From: Candidatus Minimicrobia sp. QA0096
Lineage (GTDB): Bacteria; Patescibacteriota; Saccharimonadia; Saccharimonadales; Saccharimonadaceae
Length of the DNA: 32,000 bases
Reading direction: 5' to 3'
Assembly (NCBI RefSeq): GCF_963967315.1
Contig: NZ_OZ017288.1
Coordinates: forward strand, 330,001-362,000
Shown one piece after another: positions 9,702-17,547 of this stretch. The translations under genes were made by a program, and so were the position numbers. The notes beneath the pieces are model-generated. The model was not told the DNA's origin. It searched no databases and saw nothing but the letters and a program-made list of their open reading frames with translations. The first letter of the stretch is position 1. The number at the start of each line of letters is the position of its first letter.

Positions 9702-10754
9702 TCAATCTGTTTTCACGATTCCGCCACCCAAACATTCATCGCCATCATATATTACCGCAGATTGACCCGCGGCTACGGCACGCTCCGAAGCAGAAAGGTG
9801 CACAATATCTCCGTCAATTTTCGCGTCGAATAAAGTGCCTCGATGACGCAGCCGGACTTGTACGTCCTTATCTTTACGTGGCGGCTGATTTATCCAATGA
9901 ACATCTGTCAATTTAAGTTCTTTTCGCCACAGATTATCATTATCAATCGAGCGCGACACGTAAACCTCATTTTTCTCCATATCTTTACCCACAACATAGT
10001 ATGGTAATCCGCCGCCAACATTCAAACCATGACGCTGACCAAGAGTATAGAAAATTGCGCCGTCATGTTTACCAACGACAGATCCCGCCTGCTGATCAAT
10101 AATATTTCCTGGCGCAGTTTTAACATATTCCGACAAAAATTCGCGAATTCCAACTTGCCCAACAAAACAAATTCCCATCGACTCTTTTTTACTAGCCGTC
10201 CACAAACCACGCCCTTTCGCCATTTCACGAACTTCCGCTTTAGTGAAATCGCCCAACGGAAATATGGTTTTTGACAAAGCCTCCGAAGTCACTCGATATA
10301 AGAAATACGTTTGATCTTTATTATCATCACGAGCGCGTAACAATTTGGCTGACGAAGACGATTCATGAGCAACGCGCGCATAATGCCCTGTCGCGATATA
10401 ATCCGCTCCAGCCGCCAACGAGGCCTCCAAAAATATCTTAAACTTCACTTCTTGATTACACATAATATCCGGATTTGGCGTGCGACCCGCTTGATATTCG
10501 CGAATCATGTAATCGACAACGTTTTGTTTATATTCTTTCTGAAAATCAAAAACTCGAAAATCAATGCCCAAGCCAACCGCCACACGCTTGGCGTCAGCAA
10601 CATCTTCCGCCCACGGACAATGCATTCCGGGAAGATCTTCCGACCAGTTTTTCATATAAACTCCTGTTACATCATAGCCTTGCTCGACCAACAGCGCCGC
10701 AGCTACAGATGAATCTACGCCACCAGACATACCAACAAAAACTTTTTTACTCAT
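9702..10754 (-). CDS. mnmA: tRNA-specific 2-thiouridylase MnmA
   Basis: PP-loop VGMSGGVDSSVAAALL. Also contains YIATGHYAR and the catalytic Cys context MGICFVG. Confidence 0.93.
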   Translation of the reverse strand: MSKKVFVGMSGGVDSSVAAALLVEQGYDVTGVYMKNWSEDLPGMHCPWAEDVADAKRVAVGLGIDFRVFDFQKEYKQNVVDYMIREYQAGRTPNPDIMCNQEVKFKIFLEASLAAGADYIATGHYARVAHESSSSAKLLRARDDNKDQTYFLYRVTSEALSKTIFPLGDFTKAEVREMAKGRGLWTASKKESMGICFVGQVGIREFLSEYVKTAPGNIIDQQAGSVVGKHDGAIFYTLGQRHGLNVGGGLPYYVVGKDMEKNEVYVSRSIDNDNLWRKELKLTDVHWINQPPRKDKDVQVRLRHRGTLFDAKIDGDIVHLSASERAVAAGQSAVIYDGDECLGGGIVKTD

Positions 10755-11347
10755 CTGGACAACCCCATAGCAAATAGCCCAATTCTCATTAATTCACCCA
10801 TTGCTAGCCACCAGCCCCACGGCGTTAACCACCACAATGAACTCCAGTTTTTATCAGAAGCAACTGGATGGCTTCGAATCTTCACGTCGTTAAATTGCGC
10901 TGAAAATTCGAGTTGCGCCCGACGCATATGATAACCACTTGTCACCAGAATCACATCTTCAATTTTTCGCGAATCGACAATTTTCTTCACTTCAGTGGCG
11001 TTTTGTCTGGTCGTTTCGGAAGACTCGTCCATAACAATGGCTTTCTCGGGAACGCCGCTGTTAATCGCTCGCTGGTACATAGCCTTAGCATTGGACGGGC
11101 CAGTTTTATCGGCCGCTGCGCCCGACACAACAATCAACGGCGCCCAACCTTCTTTATACAGTTTAATAGCCTCGTCGGTTCGCGCATTCGTATCGCCACC
11201 GCTGACAACAACTATTGCATCAGCCTTACGACAATTGCCTTCGCCCACGCTTTGACATTTTCCCAAATCATTCGGCGACAAATATGCGCTAAGCCCAAAA
11301 ATCACCAAAGCAGCAAAAATAATCAAGCCAACTAGTTTATGGATCAT
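10751..11347 (-). CDS. DUF218 (YdcF/SanA/ElyC-family) membrane-anchored protein
   Basis: N-terminal TM helix. The DUF218 core is AIVVVSGGDT...PLIVVSGAA...ESSETTRQNA...ILVTSGYHMRRA. It has 4-nt overlaps with both neighbouring genes. Confidence 0.8.
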   Translation of the reverse strand: MIHKLVGLIIFAALVIFGLSAYLSPNDLGKCQSVGEGNCRKADAIVVVSGGDTNARTDEAIKLYKEGWAPLIVVSGAAADKTGPSNAKAMYQRAINSGVPEKAIVMDESSETTRQNATEVKKIVDSRKIEDVILVTSGYHMRRAQLEFSAQFNDVKIRSHPVASDKNWSSLWWLTPWGWWLAMGELMRIGLFAMGLSR

Positions 11348-12501
11348 CGACGAGTCCTCTTCATTTCCGCTTGCACAGCTTCAATGATAAATTCGCCAGC
11401 TCGCTTTATATTCTCATCATTATTCAACTTGCCTAAGGTAAGCCTTAGACTTCCGTCAATCTCTGATTCGCTCAGACCAACACTCGCTAGTACGTGAGAA
11501 CGCGTTCCAGAATTAGCCGCGCAAGCACTACCCGTAGCCACTAGAACTCCACGAGATTCTAATAAAAACACCAATCTTTCAGCGTCAACTCCAGAAAATG
11601 ATATATTCAAAAAACTCACCAAACTTTTTTTCATATCTGACGATATCAACATATCAGGAAAAGCTTGCTTCAAATCTTTTACCAAATTTTCTCGTAGTTT
11701 TCGCAGTCGCTTCACTTCAGCGGAACGTCGTTTTTGCGCCAATTCCAAAGCCGTCGCAAAGCCAACCACGCCAGCAACGTTTTCAGTTCCACTGCGAAGA
11801 CCCAATTCTTGACCACCACCAAAAATATTAGCTTTCAGCGTAACACCAGGTCGCACCCACAATAAACCAACTTGCTTTGGACCATAAACTTTCGCCGCAG
11901 ATAATGTCAATAAATCAACACCCAGCCTTTTAATCTTCATATCAATTAAAGCCGCCGCCTGCGAAGCATCTGTGTGAAAAATCAACGGTAAAGATTCGCC
12001 ATTTTCTTGGCGCCTGAGTCGCTCAGCCTTTACAATTTCCGCAATTTCTTCAATTGGCTGGATGTAGCCCAGCTCATGATTCACCAGCGCAACACTAACA
12101 AATCCAACATCTGGCGTTAACATTTTTTTAACCGTGTTCGGGTCTATTCGTCCATTTTTCATTGGCGGAATTAGCTTTACCTCCGAACGCGCTTTTGCGG
12201 AATTAATCACCGAATCATGCTCAATTGCCGAAATTAAACTTACGCCATTTGCTGCATTGAATGCCAAATTGACAGACTCAGTTGCTCCAGCTGTCATTAT
12301 CAATTCGTCAGCCATCACACCCAAGCAGCGCGCCAGCCGAGCCTTCGCGTCTTGATATTCACGCTTTGTAAATATTGCTAGAGCGTACGGACTAGACGGA
12401 TTGAAAAACTTTTCAGAAAAATATGGCAACATCGCCTCAACCACCAACGGATCCATTGGCGTGGCAGCAGCATGATCAAGATAAATGTAGTCCTTATTCA
12501 C
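11344..12501 (-). CDS. Cysteine desulfurase (NifS/IscS/YrvO-type class V aminotransferase)
   Basis: Contains IYLDHAAATPMDP, the PLP-Lys context LSAAKVYGPKQVG, RSGTENVAG and the catalytic Cys loop ATGSACAANSGTRSHVL. GTG start. Confidence 0.9.
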   Translation of the reverse strand: MNKDYIYLDHAAATPMDPLVVEAMLPYFSEKFFNPSSPYALAIFTKREYQDAKARLARCLGVMADELIMTAGATESVNLAFNAANGVSLISAIEHDSVINSAKARSEVKLIPPMKNGRIDPNTVKKMLTPDVGFVSVALVNHELGYIQPIEEIAEIVKAERLRRQENGESLPLIFHTDASQAAALIDMKIKRLGVDLLTLSAAKVYGPKQVGLLWVRPGVTLKANIFGGGQELGLRSGTENVAGVVGFATALELAQKRRSAEVKRLRKLRENLVKDLKQAFPDMLISSDMKKSLVSFLNISFSGVDAERLVFLLESRGVLVATGSACAANSGTRSHVLASVGLSESEIDGSLRLTLGKLNNDENIKRAGEFIIEAVQAEMKRTRR

Positions 12502-12507
12502 TTTTTT

Positions 12508-12516
12508 ATTATATCA
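12508..12516 (-). promoter_or_regulatory. Extended -10 promoter element for the cysteine desulfurase operon
   Basis: The minus strand reads TGATATAAT, then 6 nt (aaaaaa), then the GTG at 12501. The TGA of the motif is the stop codon of the upstream 145-aa ORF. Confidence 0.5.
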
Positions 12517-12951
12517 AAGCGGCCGACCGGTTTGCGGATCTTTCTTATATAATTGCCGAGAAACTCGCTCGTAATATTCCTTAGTCGCCAAGACAAAATT
12601 CTGAAGCTCATCACCTTCTAAATAGCTATAACGATAATTCGGCTGAATCTTCAAAATTCCCTTTGGTTGCACTTCATAACGCGTCGTCAATTCTTGCCGG
12701 CCACCCTTACCATCAGCAACTTCTTCATACCAAATCCAGGTATCTTTATCTAAATTAAAAAATTCTCGTCGCGCAACATATGCCGGCTTCTCACCAAAAA
12801 TTGTTGCGCCAATTTCACTTTCCAATTGGATTAGCTCGCGCTCGGTAAATTTCTTTAATGGACGATCTTTTTTACGGAGTTTTAATAAAGACACTGCGTC
12901 ACTATCGTCGGCAAAAACCAAACTTCGTACTTTTTTCAAAAACTTAGTCAC
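12514..12951 (-). CDS. Hypothetical protein, 145 aa
   Basis: GTG start preceded by AAGGAG at 8 nt. It forms a GTGA overlap with the upstream ORF. No family recognised (…DTWIWYEEVADGKGGRQELTTRYEVQPKG…). Confidence 0.65.
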   Translation of the reverse strand: MTKFLKKVRSLVFADDSDAVSLLKLRKKDRPLKKFTERELIQLESEIGATIFGEKPAYVARREFFNLDKDTWIWYEEVADGKGGRQELTTRYEVQPKGILKIQPNYRYSYLEGDELQNFVLATKEYYERVSRQLYKKDPQTGRPL

Positions 12952-13283
12952 TTACAACTCTCCTTGGTTTTGTCTTCACGGAAGAGTTGGAGTGAATTAC
13001 CAATTGCTTGCACAGTTTCAAGCGGACTGTTGTTAATGTAGTCAAGACTTTTTCCATAGCCACCAAGTGCTTGATTACATAAATCAACCGCACCATTATC
13101 AGCAGAGTCCATCTTGGAAGTGTTTTCAATATCAATCGCAGTCTTTCCCAATTCAGGGCTTACTTTAGAATTGTCACCGCGCTGCTCGGCGTCAGAAAAA
13201 ATAGCGGCAAGTTTTTCGCGAGCTTCAATTTCAGGTGTTTTTGTAACACATTCCGGCGTACTATTCATTTTCTCCACTTTCAA
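12948..13283 (-). CDS. Hypothetical acidic protein, 111 aa
   Basis: The ORF starts at a TTG overlapping the tatD stop (TTGA). An alternative ATG lies at 13268, just after GGAG. No family recognised. Confidence 0.55.
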   Translation of the reverse strand: MKVEKMNSTPECVTKTPEIEAREKLAAIFSDAEQRGDNSKVSPELGKTAIDIENTSKMDSADNGAVDLCNQALGGYGKSLDYINNSPLETVQAIGNSLQLFREDKTKESCK

Positions 13284-14098
13284 ATGCCAAAAAGTTCTTT
13301 TGTATTGCGAAGAGTAGCCTGGCTTAAAACATCAAAATCAATATTTCGCTGCTTCGCCCAATATTCAGCCACCAATCTCACATATTCTGGCTTGTTTATA
13401 TTACCACGAAATGGCGCTGGTGTCAAGAATGGCGCGTCAGTTTCTAGCACTAATCGCTCCAGCGGGATTGAAGCGAACAATTCTTTCTGCAATTGATCCT
13501 TTGTGAATGTACTAATTCCATTAAGTCCAACGTATAAATTTCGCGAAAAACCTTTTTCCAAATTTTCACGCGTATCTGTAAAACTATGCAACACGCCGCG
13601 CAGTCCAGGAAAATTATCGAAGATTGGCCAAAAGTCATCCCAAACTGACGGCCGATCCTTTGCGCCATCGCGAACATGAAAACTTACCGGCAAATCATAA
13701 TCTATTGCCATTTGAAGTTGCGCCTCCAAGCCCTCAATTTGTGTTTCCCGCGGACTGTTGTTGTAATAATAATCAAGCCCAATCTCACCAATTGCCACAA
13801 TCGGAGAATTTTCCGTCTTATTCTCCAGCAAAGTTTTGACATCTCCCCAGCCATCTTTCGTATCGTGCGGATGAACGCCAATTGCCGCCCAAACAAATTT
13901 ATGATCCGCAGCAAATTCCACAGCCTGCCGACTACTTTTCTGATCAGTACCAACACAAATCATCCCGATTTTTTCAGCAATGGTGTCTTGATAAAACCGC
14001 TCGCGATTATCCGTAAAAAATTCCGTATCGTGCAAATGACAATGCGAATCTATCAGGCGTAAACCCTCAGTCGAACTTTTCTTATCAGCCTCAATCAT
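13280..14098 (-). CDS. tatD: TatD-family metal-dependent hydrolase/DNase (YabD-like)
   Basis: Contains LIDSHCHL, GVHPHD, GEIGLDYYY, HSF and LETDAPFLTP. Confidence 0.9.
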   Translation of the reverse strand: MIEADKKSSTEGLRLIDSHCHLHDTEFFTDNRERFYQDTIAEKIGMICVGTDQKSSRQAVEFAADHKFVWAAIGVHPHDTKDGWGDVKTLLENKTENSPIVAIGEIGLDYYYNNSPRETQIEGLEAQLQMAIDYDLPVSFHVRDGAKDRPSVWDDFWPIFDNFPGLRGVLHSFTDTRENLEKGFSRNLYVGLNGISTFTKDQLQKELFASIPLERLVLETDAPFLTPAPFRGNINKPEYVRLVAEYWAKQRNIDFDVLSQATLRNTKELFGI

Positions 14099-14101
14099 AA
14101 A

Positions 14102-15613
14102 CTATTTAACCTGAGATTCTGCTTTCGGAGCGCGTGGATCCGGCGTGTGAATATATTTGCGCGGGAACAAAGGCGTCAATTCTGACGGCACGACACCGCT
14201 AGCAAACATATCGTGAATTTTCTCGGCAGTTTGCGGCATAAATGGACGAAGCATGTCAGACACTTGCAGCAACGTACCGCAAGCATGCGCCAAGATCTCA
14301 CTCAAATGCGACTCCGCTTCTGGATCTTTATCACGATTTTTAGCAACTTGCCATGGTTGAACTCGCTCAATATATTGATTCAAAGAGCGAACAATTAGCC
14401 AAATTTCATCCATTGCTTGATCGAACATATAACTTTCCATCGCCTGACGATACGGTCCCATATCGTGTTCTGATTGTGGAGCATCGCCAATAACGCCAGC
14501 TTGATAACTCTGTACCATTTTAGCGACTCGCTGAACCAAATTACCCAAATCATTACCAAGCTCACCATTATACGCAGCTTCAAACTTTTCCCAAGTAAAG
14601 TCGCCGTCATCCTGAGTAGGTACGTGGCGCAAGAAGTAATATCGAAACGCCTCGGCTCCGTAATCTGGAATAATATCGGCTGGACCAACACCATTTCCGA
14701 GACTCTTTGACATTTTCATTCCGCCAGAATTGATAAATCCATGAACAAGCAGAACCTTTGGAAGTGGTAAATCTAACGCCATGAGCATTGCTGGCCAAAT
14801 ACCAGCGTGGAAACGAAGAATATCCTTACCGATAACCTGCACGTCAGCCGGCCAGAATGATTGCCACTCTTCTGGACGATCAGGATAACCGATAACCGTA
14901 ATGTAATTGCTCAAAGCGTCCAACCAGACGTACATGACTTGATTATCATCACCAGGAACCGGCACGCCCCAGCTAAGATTTTTACGCGGACGAGAAACCG
15001 ACACGTCTTTCAGACCGTCTTTCATCAACTCCAAAAACTCTTTTTTACGGAATTCAGGCACGATTCTCATTTTATTTGACTCAATTGCCTGGCGAATGTT
15101 GTCCGAAAAAGCGCTTGTCTTAAAATAGTAATTTTCCTCACTCAAACGCTGGTACGGAGTTTGATGATCTGGACAAACTCCGTCATTATCGGCGGCTTCC
15201 TTATCTGTAACGAAAGCTTCACAACCCTGACAATACCAGCCTTCATATGAACCTTTGTAAATATAGCCAGCCTCAACGAGTTTTTGCCAAATATACTGCA
15301 CTGCAGCAACGTGATGCGTGTCAGTCGTTCGAATAAAATCAGTCACTGAAATATTCAGCTCAGCTATCATCTTCTTAAAATTGACGTGCGTTTGGTCGAC
15401 GTATTCTTGAGGTGTTTGATTTTGGCTGGAAGCTTTGGCGGCAATTTTATTACCATGCTCATCCACGCCAGCTTGAAAACGAACTTCACGCCCGTTCTGT
15501 CTGGAATAACGCGCCCACACGTCTGCCAACATATAATCCATAGCGTGCCCAATGTGCGGCAAGCCGTTTACGTAAGGAATAGCGGTAGTGATGTAAGCGT
15601 GTTTCTTAGTCAT
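14102..15613 (-). CDS. metG: Methionine--tRNA ligase (short form, no C-terminal tRNA-binding domain)
   Basis: The HIGH motif is LPHIGHAMD and KMSKS is present. The zinc knuckle is CQGCEAF...CPDH. Confidence 0.95.
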   Translation of the reverse strand: MTKKHAYITTAIPYVNGLPHIGHAMDYMLADVWARYSRQNGREVRFQAGVDEHGNKIAAKASSQNQTPQEYVDQTHVNFKKMIAELNISVTDFIRTTDTHHVAAVQYIWQKLVEAGYIYKGSYEGWYCQGCEAFVTDKEAADNDGVCPDHQTPYQRLSEENYYFKTSAFSDNIRQAIESNKMRIVPEFRKKEFLELMKDGLKDVSVSRPRKNLSWGVPVPGDDNQVMYVWLDALSNYITVIGYPDRPEEWQSFWPADVQVIGKDILRFHAGIWPAMLMALDLPLPKVLLVHGFINSGGMKMSKSLGNGVGPADIIPDYGAEAFRYYFLRHVPTQDDGDFTWEKFEAAYNGELGNDLGNLVQRVAKMVQSYQAGVIGDAPQSEHDMGPYRQAMESYMFDQAMDEIWLIVRSLNQYIERVQPWQVAKNRDKDPEAESHLSEILAHACGTLLQVSDMLRPFMPQTAEKIHDMFASGVVPSELTPLFPRKYIHTPDPRAPKAESQVK

Positions 15614-15620
15614 GATATAT

Positions 15621-15629
15621 ATTATATCA
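15621..15629 (-). promoter_or_regulatory. Extended -10 promoter element for metG
   Basis: The minus strand reads TGATATAAT, then 7 nt (atatatc), then the ATG at 15613. Confidence 0.55.
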
Positions 15630-15641
15630 CCACTAGAGCAA

Positions 15642-16430
15642 TTATCGCAGACGCCACTCTTTCAGTAGCCTCTTCCAATCTTCAATCGCTAAATCTTCAG
15701 CGCGAGCATCTGGTGAAATTCCTGCATTTTTCAGCAATTCTTCCGCCACAATCTTATCAATCCTCAAACCACCACTCAAGCTGGAACGTAACTTCTTTCG
15801 CTTAGCAGAAAATCCAGCCTTAACAATGCGGAAAAAATCTCTCTGATCTTCTGGAGTAATTAACGGATTATTACGAGTTCTTAAAAACACAACCTGCGAG
15901 TCAACTTTTGGCGGTGGCGTAAAAAACTGTCTAGGAACTTCAATATCCAACTCCGCTTCGGCAAAAATCTGAACGCTCACAGACAGAACACTCATATTCC
16001 CAGCCTCTGCCGCAATTCTCTCGGCAACTTCTTTTTGCACCAACAGCACCGCGATGCTCGGCTTATTTTCCGCAGTCATCAATTTTTCAACAATTTTACT
16101 GGTAATGTAATATGGGACGTTAGCTACGACTTTGTAATTTTTTGGCAATTGATTCAGATCAAATTGCAATATATCTTGATTTACGACAGTTAATTTTTTC
16201 CCAGGAAATTGCCCTGGTAGTTTTCTCGCCAAATCCGCATCAAACTCTACGGCGGTCACCGAATTAGCCCGAGCCAACAAGCGACTAGTCAAAGTACCAA
16301 GTCCCGGTCCAATCTCCAGTACAACATCATCACTCGTCAATTCGGCCGCTTCAGCAATATCCGCCAAAATCTCCGGATCTTTCAGCCAATGCTGTCCAAG
16401 CGATTTTTTTGGTCCACGAGAAGAAGCCAT
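15642..16430 (-). CDS. rsmA: 16S rRNA (adenine1518/1519-N6)-dimethyltransferase RsmA/KsgA
   Basis: Contains LGQHWL, SAM motif LEIGPGLGTLT and NVPYYITS. Confidence 0.93.
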   Translation of the reverse strand: MASSRGPKKSLGQHWLKDPEILADIAEAAELTSDDVVLEIGPGLGTLTSRLLARANSVTAVEFDADLARKLPGQFPGKKLTVVNQDILQFDLNQLPKNYKVVANVPYYITSKIVEKLMTAENKPSIAVLLVQKEVAERIAAEAGNMSVLSVSVQIFAEAELDIEVPRQFFTPPPKVDSQVVFLRTRNNPLITPEDQRDFFRIVKAGFSAKRKKLRSSLSGGLRIDKIVAEELLKNAGISPDARAEDLAIEDWKRLLKEWRLR

Positions 16431-17456
16431 TTAGCGACCATCTCCATTCGTCCAGTCAGTCGCCAAGTCAAATCCGTGTGGATGTTTGGCTGCAAATCCA
16501 CCAGTGTCATAGACTTTTCCGAGACCCATGCTTGTCTCCACTACCGAACATCGCGGATAATTACCATAATTAGCCGCCACCAAAATATAACCATCCTTAT
16601 CAACCTTCGCGCCGTCCGTCCGCACTGTATAAGTACCGCCGCTACCACAAGCTTTTATCACAATATTCATCGGCAAATCATAATACGTCTCGCGATGCGC
16701 TACGCCCTTGGAGTCGGTAAATATCTGCGCACCCTTACTTTTCGTCAATGGATTTTTAGGCTTCGTACCAATTATTTCAATCTGCTTCTTTGACTGCTTT
16801 GTGATTTCGCTAGCAACTTCCTTACGACTAATCTCGCGCTCATTCTCTACTTCAATCTGATAAGTCACCTTCCGCACACCTTTTTCCCCAAGCTGCTTAA
16901 CACTCTTAAATCCAATCGGCTGAGAATCGTCCTTGATCTGCTCAATATCAAAATTAATATCAACTTCTTCGGTTATTGTTCGCTGTTTTGACCGTTCAAT
17001 CTTCATTACCAGACCCACGCCGTTCACCAAAAGATCGTCAGAATTCGTAAAATGCGTCTTATCTTCGCGGTATAAAGTCAGCCCAGCAGCCTTCGCAATC
17101 AAAGCCGGCGTTTGTTCTGTAGTGGTTATTTTCAGGCGTTTATTTCCATCGACGATTGTTATTGGACGAGCGCGGAAAATATTGACCTGGTATTTTGCGC
17201 CGGTCAATTCCATATCAATATTTGGCTCAACCGCGTCAATCTTTTCGTCAATCGTAATCTTAGCCGCACGCAAAGCTTGCCGAACGGTCAATACATTTGT
17301 GATAATAGTCTTTTCTTCGCCGCGATCATAAATACGAACCAAATGCTCACCAGAAGTCTTTCCGTCAGCAAACGAAATCATTGGAGTCGCAATCGCAACC
17401 AACACAGCTAATCCAATAATTTTTCCAAAAAATAAACCTTTTGCGCGCATAATCAT
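16431..17456 (-). CDS. YabE-like cell-wall protein: TM anchor, DUF348 repeats, G5 domain, C-terminal 3D (MltA-like double-psi beta-barrel) domain
   Basis: DUF348 is VRIYDRGEEKTIITNVLTVRQALRAAKI... G5 is RTITEEVDINFDIEQIKDDS...VTYQIEVENEREISRKEV...IEIIGTK. The 3D domain is VAANYGNYPRCSVVETSMGLGKVYDTGGF...FDLATDW. The start is ambiguous. The ORF track uses the TTG at 17480, only 4 nt after a -10 box. I prefer the ATG at 17456 (or 17450). Confidence 0.85.
   Translation of the reverse strand: MIMRAKGLFFGKIIGLAVLVAIATPMISFADGKTSGEHLVRIYDRGEEKTIITNVLTVRQALRAAKITIDEKIDAVEPNIDMELTGAKYQVNIFRARPITIVDGNKRLKITTTEQTPALIAKAAGLTLYREDKTHFTNSDDLLVNGVGLVMKIERSKQRTITEEVDINFDIEQIKDDSQPIGFKSVKQLGEKGVRKVTYQIEVENEREISRKEVASEITKQSKKQIEIIGTKPKNPLTKSKGAQIFTDSKGVAHRETYYDLPMNIVIKACGSGGTYTVRTDGAKVDKDGYILVAANYGNYPRCSVVETSMGLGKVYDTGGFAAKHPHGFDLATDWTNGDGR
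17084..17183 (-). repeat. 100-nt near-identical segment shared with 18336-18435
   Basis: Hand alignment gives 94/100 identical, with exact runs of 32 and 29 nt. It encodes NIFRARPITIVDGNKRLKITT(T/A)EQTPALIAK(A/T)AG. The flanks diverge abruptly. Confidence 0.9.
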
Positions 17457-17484
17457 ATAATGACTTGTAAACCTAGTCAAATAA

Positions 17485-17493
17485 ATTATACCA
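17485..17493 (-). promoter_or_regulatory. Extended -10 promoter element for the YabE-like gene
   Basis: The minus strand reads TGGTATAAT. Confidence 0.45.
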
Positions 17494-17547
17494 GATTAAG
17501 CGCTTTTTATCTATAGACTGCGGCTAACTTACGTCACTAGTGTCAGT

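Noticed and set aside
17535-17542. 8-bp palindrome CACTAGTG between the two G5 genes.
   Set aside because: It is short, has no flanking U-tract and no partner sites. That is consistent with chance or a restriction-type site, and no terminator-like hairpin could be built around it.
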